DNA of 64,000 bases from Haliotis rubra. Its lineage: Eukaryota. The position numbers were made by a program, and so were the translations under genes. A model generated the notes under the pieces. The model made no database searches. It worked only from the letters and a program-made list of their open reading frames with translations, and was not told the origin of the DNA. This document shows positions 22,701 to 36,100 of the stretch, piece after piece. The number at the start of each line of letters is the position of its first letter. Position 1 is the stretch's first letter. The stretch is taken from contig NW_025766214.1 of assembly GCF_003918875.1 (NCBI RefSeq), positions 1,054,001 through 1,118,000 on the forward strand, written 5' to 3'.

Positions 22701-25700
22701 CTGAAAATGATGACAGAGACATCAGTATTGGGTCTAACACTGCTTTTAAGATGGGCACCAAATAATCGTCTTAGAATCTTAGTTTGAACTCACATGATGT
22801 CATAAACATTGTGTATTTGATGGTTTTGTTTGCGTATTCAATATACTTACTCATTTTGGTCCAGTCTTTTGGGTATTATATTTCTTTATTTTAATATTTT
22901 TTTATAATTCTGCTTGAGCTGCTGTTTAAGGTGAATTTGTATTCGTTCATGTGCAAGATGTGGTATATAAACACAACAGTAACATACATGACAAAATAAT
23001 ACTAGCGAGATATAGTGGGTGTAAATAGCAAATCTCAAGCTCTGCTGTTAACAACACTTCTGTATAACAAGGATACTCAAGCTTGAAGTGATGCAGTTTG
23101 TAGGCCTACCACTGTGGTTCTTGTAGGCCTACCACTGTGGTTCTTGTAGGAATACCACTGTGGTTCATGTAGGCCTACCACTGTGGTTCTGGTAGGCCTA
23201 CCACTGTGGTTCATGTAGGCCTACCACTGTGGTTCATGTAGGCCTACCACTGTGGTTCATGTAGGCCTACCACTGTGGTTCATGTAGGCCTACCACTGTG
23301 GTTCATGTAGGCCTACCACTGTGGTTCATGTAGGCCTACCACTGTGGTTCTTGTAGGCCTACCACTGTGGTTCTGGTAGGCCTACCACTGTGGTTTGGTG
23401 TTCTGATGACAAACCAACAATTACGATCAGGGAAAATCTGGGATTCAAACTCCCAAGGTGTAGAAGCCATGAACACACATATGGTGCTGACAACCCCAGA
23501 CACATTATCACGGTGAACCAGGATCTCAATCAACAATCATCTCTTTCTGGCATACCCAAGGGATGCAACTCTGCACACAAACTGATGAGCCCCAGTTAAA
23601 ACAAAATAACAAATTTGTATCTAAGTTATCATTTTAGCAAGTGTAATGTTTTATCAGTTATTTTGTCAGCTGCTACCACACAATGTAACTGGTGTCCTAA
23701 ACACTGGGATATATGATAATGTGGGGATGATAGAGTTGTCTCCCCTGTCATACCAACAAGTACATGCTGGCAATATCTGAAGCTAATGTACATATCGTTT
23801 AGTTTTACGCCGCTTTTAGCAATATTCCAGTAATATCACGGCGGGGGACACCAGAAATGGGCTTCACACATTGTACCCATGTGGGGAATCGAACCTGGGC
23901 CTTTGGCATGACGAGCGAACACTTTTAACCACCAGGCCACCGCCCCACCTAGGATATGTATTAATGTTTAGCGATATATTGTGTCACAATTGTGTCATCG
24001 ATAATATAAACTTTTGTGCTAATCTAAGATCTAATTTACTCATACAATACACTAGGGTAGGTTTGTATTCATGGGCTGCTCCTAAATTCTGTTCAGGACA
24101 CTGTTTTGTCACCGATATTAATGTGAAATATATTTATTCCTTTCAGACTTTTTAAAAGAATTTGCTCAAAGTTAATTCTCTGATTTTTTTCGATAATCAA
24201 TCAATATTTTGTCAATGATTATCGATCTCTATAACTGATATTGATAGCCAGCCCTAGGCCGAGATAATGTATCTGCATAGTTTCTAAAACAAAGGAATCA
24301 CGAAAATTTGTTGATTTTACCACCAGAATAAACAGATTTGAATGATTTCTCCAAACATTGTGGTTGATATATAAATACATATTTTCAAAGTGAGTTTTGG
24401 TTTTACGCTGCATTTAGCAATATTCCAGCAATAGCACAGCAGGGGACATCTGAAATGGGCTTCACACATTGTACCCATGTGGGGAATCGAACCCGGGTCT
24501 TTGGCGTGTCGAGCGAAAGCTTTAACCACTAGGCTACACCACCACCCCGGGTCAAATATGAAACAGTATAATCTGGTGTCATGGAAAGTCCCACTTGGTG
24601 AAATGTCCTCAAATCTGACCCTGCAAAACCCCGGTTTTAATCATGTTGAGTACAATATCTAATTTACAAAAGACTTATTCCGTCACAGCAGCAAAGCTGG
24701 ATGTTGTACCTGCGGATATTTACGGAGGAAATTAAAGCAGCAAATAAGAGAGATGCATGCCACAGTACTAAACAATGCCACGATGGAGCTGACAATGATG
24801 ACGCACGGAAACTCACATGGATGTTGGGATTAACCATAGGCATGCTGCTGAACACTGGTGGTGATGTGCCAGGGAGGAACGCTGGTGGGGCCGTCGCAGG
24901 TGCCGCTGCCACCGACCCAGTGTGTTGGCCTGACTGATGACCAGGGGCGTGGCCAGGTGGGTGTGAGGGAGGGTGGAAAGGCTGACCCGGCAAACTGCGT
25001 CTCATCGGACTTGGGGGACTTTTAGCTACGAACGTCAAACCTGGCAGCAGAACAACACAATGTGTGATGATGGGTCAATGAGTGAGCACACCGACAAATA
25101 TGGAAGGAGGAGGAAGAGATGGTTGAGGAGGAAGAGGCAGAGGTGTATGACTGATGGGATATGAGAAGGGGGAATAAGAGAGGGATGAGAGGTTGTTAGA
25201 AAATGGGAGGAGGGAGGGAGGGGATAAGAGTGGGCTAAAGAGGAAGGAAGAGGAGGAGGGAAAAGACAAGGATGAGAGTGGGCAAGGAGAAGGGGAGGAG
25301 GGAGAAGATGAGGGGATGAGAGTGGGCTAGAAGAGGGAAGGGAAGAGGAGAGAGGGGCAAGGAAGAGAAGAGGATGAGAAGAGGGGAGAGGAGGAGGAGG
25401 ATGAGGGAGGGAAGATGAGGGGATGAGAGTGGGCTAGAAGAGGAAGGAAGAGGAGGAGGGAGAAGATGGGGATGAGAGGGCAAGGAGAAGGAGAAGATGG
25501 GGGGATGAGAGTGGGCTAGAAGAGGAGAAGAGGAGGAGGGAGAAGATGGGGATGAGAAGGCAAGGAGAAGGGAGAAGATGAGGGGAGAGAGGGCTAGAAG
25601 AGGAGGAAGAAGGAAAGAGGAGGAGGGAGAAGATGGGGATGAGAGTGGGCAAGGAGAAGGGGATAAGGAGGAGAAGATGAGGGGAGAGAGTGGGCTAGAG

Positions 25701-27081
25701 AGAGGAAGGAAGAAGAGGAGGGGAGAAGATGGGGATGAGAGTGGGCAAGGAGGAGAAGGATAGGGAGGGAGAAGACGAGGGGGGATGAGAGTGGGCTAGA
25801 AGAGAGGAAGAAGAAGAGGAGGAGGGGGAGAAGAGGGGATGAGAGAGTGGGCAGAGGAAGGAAGAGGAGGAGGAGGGAGATGAGATGGGCAAGGAGAAGG
25901 GGAGGAGGGCTAGAAGAGGGGGCTGAGAGGGGCTAGAAGAGGAAGGGAGAAGATGGGGAGAAGATGGGGATGAGAGTGGGCAAGGAGAAGGGGATGGAAT
26001 GGAGAAGAAAAGGTGGATGAAGGACAGGGTCAAAGGAGGAGAGGAGTAGGTCAAGATGCATTAGGAGGATAGCAGTTAGTGAAAATGCGAAGGAGAGAGA
26101 GGAGGTGGAGGAAGAGATGAGCATGTGTAAGAGGAGGGAAGAAGCATGTGAGGAAGATGTTAGAAGGTAAGGAGCAGAAATCAAAGAGGATGAGGGGTTG
26201 GTGGTGGCTTAGGAGAGGGGAGAACTGAGAAGAGGACAAGGTGTGGAGGAGGAGGAGGATCAGGAGACAGGGAAGGGGAGAAGGGTCAGGAGGAGGAAGA
26301 AGAAGGAGAAGGGTCAGGAGGAGGAAGAAGAGGAGGAGAAGTAGTGACTCAAGCTTGATTATCTATCCTTTCCAGTGCATAAGTCTACGAATTCAGACTT
26401 TTTTACAAAAATTGTCAGTATATAAGGTATAGAGGTGTAAGATATAAAAAAAGGGTCATCCATTCTAAGAAATATCAAAAGGAGAAAGGTGTAAATAATT
26501 TTTGAGAATTTTGTTAGGAGCAATATTACAGCTACATTCAGTCAGCCTGAATAATTGAGTCTGGATCAGGCAGGTAGTTGATACCATGACCAATACCGGT
26601 CAGTACACAATCACCAGGCCTTGACACCGAGACACACAGTCCCCGTTGACTCTTACTGTAAGCGACGGGTACCCACAGAATACCCACTGTTTAGTAATGG
26701 TTAACATTTTCAAAATTATTTATGCATATCTACTGATAAAGGTCAGACAATCAAGAATGATGGTTGCACATTACTTTCAAAATCACAAGGCAACATGATG
26801 ATCAAAGCCTGCCCGCTTAAGAAACATTTGTGACAGAGGCAAAGCAAGGCTGGGGCTGTAGATGCTGCACACTGAAGTATGGATTAGGTGTTGTCGGTGC
26901 CTGGTTCAGGGACATCAGTGATGGTTGACATATCATGCAAGCAAGATGAAGCACATCCAGCCAGCAAACAGTACTCATAGCAAACAATGGTCAGTTTCTG
27001 CAAACACTGTAACGGACAACCAATGTGACTTGTCATTGGGTTGAACACCACATTCAAGATCATTTCACTCATAGATGTACA

Positions 27082-27148
<67 letters not shown>

Positions 27149-30100
27149 TGTGTGAGAGACAGAGAGAGACAGAGAGTATGAGAGAGATGAGAGAAAGTGT
27201 GTGTGTGTGTGTGTGTGTGTGAGTGAGTATGGTTTTACGCCGCTTTTAGCAATATTCCAGGAAAATGTTTATAGCCCTTGATATGTCCTATGTTTTAAAT
27301 CCATCCTATAGCCCAAGTTAAAAATGTATTTGTACAAAAGTAAAAAGTAAATGTATGGAAGAATATATTTTAAATTGGAAATATTTGTTAAATAAGGAAG
27401 AAAGTTGAAAGGGTTCTAACAAGCTGAGAAAATATAGACTTTTTTAAAGATGATTTTTGCCCTGAACCTTATGTTATTTCTAATATGCCAAGATGTTACC
27501 GTTCAGCTATGGCCAAGTTTAGATGCGGTGTAGCCCCAATAAGAATGGAAACTAGGTGGTATGAAAATCTAAATGTTAGTGATGGGAAATGTTTCAATTG
27601 TACAGATTGTGTCGAAGATGAGTTTCATGTACTGTTTCACTGTGATGTATATAATGATATTAAAGAAAAACTTTTTCATATTGTTATTTCCATGATGCTG
27701 ACTTTTGTTAGTCAAAGTACTGATATTTCTTACTATTTTGCCAAAACCTGCTTTTTAATACGACAGAGAAGGAAATGCTTTCTATACTCATAAATTGTTA
27801 CCATTTTTATGCATTTACTACATCTTATATACGCTTGTAAGTTATAAGATTTTGAAACGGCTATTGTGTCTCATAAGTCATATTGAGTGGTTCTGTACTC
27901 TTATTTGTTTCCTACATATGTGTTTAATATTATGCTGACAGAAGTGAGACGTAAATAAACAATTGTCTGTCTGTCTGTCTGTGAGTGTGTGTGTCTGGTT
28001 GTGCTTGTGTGGACCTCTGATAGTCCACTGAGATACCATGCCACAGTTGCACATGGATACCCAACTTGAACACATTACACAGACTCCGAGTCAACCGAGT
28101 CTCAGTGTTCACTGCCAGGCAGGGAACAACACATTTTATCTTAGGACATTCTTCAGTGTAAGGCGACAGCGCGACTGAACAACCAGTCTTCATCTCAACA
28201 GGAAGATGCCTACAACTGATTGTGACATAAGACCAAAATGCATCTGCTGTTGTGATAATAAAACCTCTGGACTCTGATACTGATGCCTTCCTGGTGACAG
28301 GGGTCTGTATGTGCGCTTGCCAACATACACTATTGTGCTCTGACCTAAGCACATTTAGATACCTACCAGGTGACAGTGGTCTCGCTGTGGTATTGGAGGA
28401 GGCATAGGGTATTGGACTAGAAACTGTACGGGGACGGACTGTGTGACCAGACATATCATGCTGTTTGCTCATCTCGTTAAAGTGCCTGAAAATATGAAAT
28501 ACTTCAATTACATGGGGTGAAATATAACTTCTATGCAAGACAGTCCTTTATTCAGAGATCTGACCAAAACAATCAAACCAAATCACTCACAGGAAGAAAA
28601 AGATTAATTTTTAGAAAAATTACAACCATACTGTCCAATGTTAGGTTAAATATCATGTAATGAACATCATTTCTAAAGTCCGAGAAAGTGCACAAGTACG
28701 TTTTTATGCCACATCAGCAATATTTCAGCTATATATTGGCAACCTGTAGAAAAGTCAAGTAAGGGGGCAGGGCCACTGACCACACAAGAAAATTACCCTC
28801 ACAATGTCAAGTCACTAACTGTAACCACAAAATGCTCCACAAAATGCTCCTATCCATCAAGTCACTAACTGTAACCACAAAATGCTCCACAAAACGCTCC
28901 TATCCATCAAGTCATTAACTGTAACCACAAAATGCTCCTATCCAACAAGTCACTAACTGTAACAAGAAAATGCTCAATCTGTCAAGTCACTAATTGTAAC
29001 CACAAAATGCTCCACAAAACGCTCCTATCCGTCAAGGCACTAACTGTAACCACAAAATGCTTCTATCTGTCAAGTCACTAACTGTAACCACAAAATGCTC
29101 CTAAGAGAACTCTTACAAACAGCATGAAATAACGAGTTATTCTGCCCTGGACTTTAGGCAGGTCTGTTCCAGAGAATCTTTAGTGCCAAATGCTCCTGCA
29201 GCTGAACTTGATCTTACCTCTCATCATCCATCTCAAGACTGGACTCGCTCTCTGACAGATGGCGGCAGAGACTCTCCCTCCTCTCCATCTCCAGCTGAAG
29301 ACGACGCTGCAGTCGCAGGTTCTCCCCCGGATGTGGCTCCCTCCTGGGCTCCAGCTGAGCCATCTTCTCCTCATCTGAACACAAACCGCCACAGTATTAG
29401 AAGGGAGACACCTGCCACAATGAGAGGCGGATGTGGCATCAGGCCTCCTGGGCATACTGAGCCATGCTTCAGTGTAACTTCACAACCGATCATGAACACA
29501 AACCATACAGTATTAGAACACGAGACAAACACTGATACATTGAGTATGGTTTACATACAAGAAATACATTCTAGTGTAACTTCACAACAGTGACAAACAC
29601 TGATACATTGGTGTGGATGGTTTACATACAAGAAATACATTCTAGTGTAACTTCACAACACGTGACAAACACTGATACATTAAATGTGGATGGTTTACAT
29701 ACAAGAAATACATTCTAGTGTAACTTCACAACACGTGACAAACACTGATACATTCGTGGTGTGATGGTTTACATACAAGAAATACATTCTAGTGTAACTT
29801 CACAACACGTGACAAACACTGATACATTCGTGTGGATGGTTTACATACAAGAAATACATTCTAGTGTAACTTCACAACACGTGACAAACACTGATACATT
29901 CGTGTGGATGGTTTACATACAAGAAATACATTCTAGTGTAACTTCACAACACGTGACAAACACTGATACATTCATACAGGTGGATGGTTTAACATTCTAG
30001 TGTAACTTCACAACACGTGACAAACACTGATACATTCGTGTGGATGGTTTACATACAAGAAATACATTCTAGTGTATCTTCACAACACGTGACAAACACT

Positions 30101-33100
30101 GATACATTGATACTGTGGATGGTTTTACATACAAGAAATACATTCTAGTGTTCACACAAACACTGATACATTTGTGTATGGTTTACATTCACAATACTTC
30201 AGCAATACATATTTTCAAAGTGAGTTTTGGTTTTACTGCATTTAGCAATATTCCAGCAATAGCAACGGCGGGGACACCAGAAATGGGCTTCACACACTGT
30301 ACCCATTTGGGGAATAGAACTCAGGTCTTCAGCGTGAAAGGTGATGCTTTAACATTAGGCTATTCCACCACCCCATCTATACAAGCAGAGACACAAAGGC
30401 TAAGTAATCATAAATCTGTAATAAGCTCATCTCAAGATAATTAAAAGGTCATCAGAAATTGCTACTAGAACAACAAATAGTGAAGATTAGCAATACAATA
30501 AAAATTTAACAGCCTTTTGATATTGAGAACAGGGACAGTACTTTCAGAACACAGAAGCAGTCACAGAAATCTTTACATTCCAACACTCATTTCCAGTGTG
30601 ATACAACTACCTTCAGTTTGGCTAAATGCACACCCATTATACTACTTGTAATATATGAAATAACCCTGCTTCAAGCTAACATAACAATTAAACTAAAGCC
30701 TTTTCCTCTGTAATCACAAAATTTCAAGCATGGCAAAATATACATCTAGTACAAAACAACTTGACAGCTAAGTCACATGCCTTGTGCTAGATTCTTTCAA
30801 TAAGAAAGTTGTATGCACTTTGGCTTAATCACCTTACCCTCAATTTCAGCTAATCATCTGCTTGATTATTTCTAGTTGTAAACATGGGTGACAGCACTTG
30901 CAAACATGACATACAATAAAAGGCCTGGTAGAGTACAGATAATAGCAGAAGTACCATGAACTGCCCTAAGAACGACAAGTCCAGTTTGGCAGTAAACAAA
31001 CTCTTTTCAAGCTACAACCTTGAGGATGACCTTGTATCTGGACATGACATAAAAATGTGTTAAAACAATATCCAAGGGTTATAAAGGAGAAAATTATGAT
31101 GCACTGGACAAGTTTTAACATGAGACTGAGGTTTTGCTTGCTTCTATGAACGCACATTTTTACAAGAGAGAGCCATCTATCCTTGTGCATACTCACGTTC
31201 TGACAAGGCCTGCCGGAGCTGGTTCTTCAGTCTGTTGGTCTCCCCGCGGAGATTCTCAATGTGCTGCATCAGGTTATGTGCTGTGTCACCGTTGTTCATA
31301 TCTCGTGGTGACGGTGGCGCCGACACAGGCTGGTCCAACTTTTCCTGTAGTAACCTGCATTGAATTCACAAGACTGCTTAGTCCTTCAAACTTATGAAAA
31401 CTTCATGACATTAAGTTTTGAGTATTCATTTTCAAACGGTCACATCATATTTATAAAAGTTGAAAGAACGCATTATGACATTATGAAATTATCATGATTA
31501 CTGTGAACTGTTACCATTCACACAAAACATCATAGTTGAATGAGTGAGTGAGTATGGTTTTACGCCACTTTTTTTTAGCAATATTCCAGCAATATCACAG
31601 CGGGGGACACCAGAAATGGGCTTCACACATTGTACCCTTGTGGGGAATCGAACCCGGGTCTTCGGCATGACGAGCAAACGCTTTAACCACTAGGCTACCC
31701 CACCACCCCCACTAGTTGAATGAAAAGATCACACATAGGTCAGACATCATTGTAACTGATACTGGTCATAAAGGATCAAAATCGACTCCGAGGTTTTGTT
31801 GAAAAAGTAAGCCCACGGCAGAGGGAATTGGGGAGGGCCGACAAGCCCAACCTGATTTCCCGAGGCCAAGGCAACATTGAACTGCTATCTGACTGACTGA
31901 GTTTGGTTTTACGCCGCTTTTAGCAATATTCCAGCAACATCACGGCGGGGGACACCAGAAATGGGCTGAACTGCTATCATTAACCCTGGCGGGACAATAG
32001 AGCGACATCACTGGAGGTTTATAAATATAAGACAACGTTGAATTGCTATCATTAATCCCCCGAAAAATGTAAAATGAAAGGGTCACAGAAAACACAACTA
32101 TGAACTGACCGCTTCTCAGCCTCCAGTTTATCCATCTTCTTCCACAGACGATTGACCAATGATTCTTGTTCCTGTTCAAGGGCATTCTCCAACTCCACCT
32201 TCTCCCTACGCAACTACAAGGGAGAGAAAGCATCACACAAGATACAACATAGTACATACCACCATATTCTGAGGTGAGGTGAGGTGAAAGTGGGTTTAAC
32301 GTCGTCCTTGAGAATATTTCGCTCATATGACGTGCATGCGTGTGTATGTGTATGTGCGCCTGCTTGTACTAGCCCAGACTTAAGCTGGTTTTATAGTGCT
32401 AGCCCACTGAGATACCATGCCGCAGTGAAGCACGAATACCCCACTCAGACACATTATACTGACTCCGAGCAGACCAGTCCTTGTTGTACCCATTAATGCC
32501 GAGCGCCAGGCAGGGACCAACAAGTACCATATTTTAACGTCTTTTGGTATGACGCGGTCGGGGATCGAACCGCGACCTTCCGATCTATGGGCGGACGCTC
32601 TAACCACTACACCCACGGAGGCGGTCCCATGTTCTGAGAAGCCATGCAGTATATACAGTTATACAGGAGCTCTTATTAACATTGGTATGCCATATAGTAA
32701 CAGCAATACTGTGGCAGCCTGTAAATGATATGAATTCGGGCGTAACAAACTGGGCTGTTGTGGTTTGATGACACATATACCAAGGCAATAAAGTCACTGA
32801 GCCCATGCTCACAAGTAACAGAGAGCTTCAGATGGATTCTAACCCAGGTCCCACAAAGGCATAGCATTATTTGAAGTGATGGAGGGACCAGCTCTAGAGT
32901 CTGCTGTTTGGATATTTCTGGATGACACTTCAAGCTACTGACCTGTTCTAGGGTCTGCTGTTTAGATACTGTGTCTGCCTCCAGTTTCTCAATCTTCCTC
33001 ATCAGCTTGTTGATCTGGTATTCCTGTTCCTTCTCCAGCGTTTGCTCCAACTCAATCTTCTCCTGCCTCAACTGCAACAACAATGCACACAGATGTTAAA

Positions 33101-36100
33101 ACAAGGTCGCAACTGCAACAACAACAACGCACGTCACCCACAGCAAGGGTTAAATCTAAGTCACTATGACCAACTGGTGGCATATCTTAGCAGAAAGAAA
33201 AAAAGCTTATAAAATTATTTCATCAATAACCATTAATATTAATAATGGTCGGATTCCCCTGGTCCGTGCCAGTTCTGAGTTATAATGACATCATTTCTGA
33301 TTATCGATCTTTTTCGCCAGTCCTAGTTATATGTAGGTCATATTCACTTCAATGTCTTGACAAAAGTTTGTTTGCAAATCCCATGGTAGTTTCAAGTTTC
33401 ATAATCAATCCAACCCTTGTGGAAGAAAACACAATAAACAAATAAATATGACAATCACTTCCTGAGGACATAGCATGCGTTTCCAGGAAAACTCACACAG
33501 CGATTATTCTGGGGTTTTTTGCTCAACAGTACATAAAACCATCATAACATCAACATCCATGATTGGCAACGATGCAAGATTTCAGAGTCTATCAGCATCA
33601 AAAGATTAGCGCCACAGATGAACAGAGATAAAGGGGTTTACCTACCCAATGCCTGGGAAATTAATTAGACTCATGCCTCACCAATCACCTCTTAATCCAC
33701 TGTAACAGCATCATCCCTACCTTTTGTATCTTATCCCAGCTTTTGTATATCATTAGACTATCAGCCACCCTTTTGTACATCAATAAGACTCCTTGGCTTC
33801 CACCACTTACCCACTTAATCCACTGTAACAACACCAAATCTGCTTTTGTATACTTTATTCTCTTTCATCATGTATCCTCTATACCCATATACATTCACAA
33901 TGACTTTGAAAGTTGTTATATGGATCACTGTACATTATCTTAATCTTTTTACATTCCAATTATTCTTTTAAATCTGTTGTATTATCCTGATGAATTTTTG
34001 TAAATACATACTCAAAATCACTATGTATTCATCTACTAGTCATGTATCCTCTTACATACTATAATATTTTGTCATATACATTACTAAATATACATGTACA
34101 ACTGTTAGTTAGCATTCACCTGATGAAAGTGCAAAGAATAGCCCAAAAATGTTGTGTATAAAATAAAGAAGAAGTTGACATCCATAATATTTTGTCATAT
34201 ACTAAAAGTACATAAAAAATGTAATTTTCTGATTAAAATTGATATTTTATACTTATCCTGACTCATGCTTATTGCTCACCTCATGAGTCAGGATAAGGGG
34301 AAAATATGTAATTTTCTGATTTAAATTGATATTTTATACTTATCCTGACTCATGAGGTGAGCAATAAGCATGAGTCAGGATAAGGAAAAATTAACAATTT
34401 CATGAGATTGTTAGTAATAGTATCAGTCAGTAATCTGTCCTAACAGACAGACTACACATGCTGTCACAATATTTTTGTGTGAGTGATTGCTCTCAGGGTT
34501 GTTTAAATACTAAGCAGAGACAGAATAAAAAGCAAAAGATTGGGACAGTGATTTTTAGCAATATGCTTAGGAATTTCAATTTTAGAATTCAACTCAAAAT
34601 TTTGTTTTGAAGTGCATGAACTATGAGAATTGTTTTGGGAATACTTGAGTGTTAAAAATATATATAAAGGACAGGAAATAAATATAAAGTCATTATATTT
34701 TTTTGTAATTTTCCACCTACCAACAACTATCTTTGGACAAAAAAAATGAAAAAAGATCACATCACTGATTGCCAACATGAAAACAGTGATCACTTTTCTT
34801 TAGTTTATTCTATTTGTTTAGAAAACTAATATAACGTTATTTGAAGAACGGTCTCAAGTTGGACTGAGCAGTACTTCAGTACACAGAGCTGTCAGTTAGT
34901 TTACTGTTTTTCCCATATCATTTGGGTCAAAGCAATCCTGGAACTATGATCATACACCTACATGTGAAATAGATTTGTAAACTCATTGCTGTTGTAACTG
35001 GGGAGCTCTATAGCTGGTTACCATGGTTACCTGGATCTGATAAACATTTAGGAGTGAATGTTCATCACGACGACAAAATGCAATAAATTTGGCGAAGAAA
35101 TATTACCAACTGAATGGAATTTGAAGTTTTGGTTTGAAAACCCCATTAACATTTGTAGGAAATGAGCACAACTCCTCTTATATGAAGGCAAACAGGGATC
35201 ACTGATAACACAATATGCAAATTTGTCACCTCAACATAGTGGTGATAACTTCCATCAAGAATAATAACACTCACATCATTTAAGGAGAGCAACCTTGGTA
35301 TGTTCTCCTATGAATTTTTAAATTTTTACTGCAAAACGTCTCTATGGATGGAAAATATTGCATTTTACAAAGGTCCAAGGTTTATCAGCAACACACTGAC
35401 TATTAGCATAACTGTATCTTTGATGGTGATAAATGTTATTTGGAATCAATATCACAATTTGTCATTTTTTACACCATTCAGTATCACTGATTCAAATGAC
35501 TGACATGAATTTATTGACATTTATCTAAATTGCATGATTTCAAGATATTCATAAGAAATTATTGGTGACATGTCAACAACATCTTGGAGTGAGTGGGGAC
35601 AGAGTATCAGTGTGATAAGCATCCTTATCCTTCAGGATATAGCTGAACATATTGTTTCCTCAGCAGCATGTCTTGGACTTGACCTTTGTAACTTCAGTCT
35701 GACATAAAGGTCAAGGTCAAGTTCAAGGTCAAGTGTTACTGCATACCAGAAGGAGTCAGATCAAGCCTAGACTAATGCTTAGTCTCTGAATATATATAAT
35801 GTTGATAGTAACATTTAAATAGAAAAGGGGCCCCAGTGAGATGGGAAATTCAGAACCTGCGGAAATCTAGACTTGCTTCATTTAGGGCTTTGGCATTGCA
35901 CGGAGGGCTAGGCAGTAGGGAATATTAATGTGGGTCAGGGACTGTGAGACAGACTAGATCAAGCCCTCAACCCCAACAGTAAATACAGATAATAACTAAC
36001 ACTAATATTTAGGGAACGTTAAGTAAAACATCATATTTGCCCTTGTAACATAACCATAAAGCACTAACTTCATCATTACTATCCTGAAATGAGACAACAT

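Noticed and set aside
25075-26432. Ser/Pro/Leu- or Glu/Arg-rich ORFs
   Set aside because: Low-complexity polypurine tract
26820-27072. Possible extra CCDC6 exon in intron 7
   Set aside because: The candidate acceptor gives an immediate stop in the required phase, and exon 7 joins exon 8 cleanly
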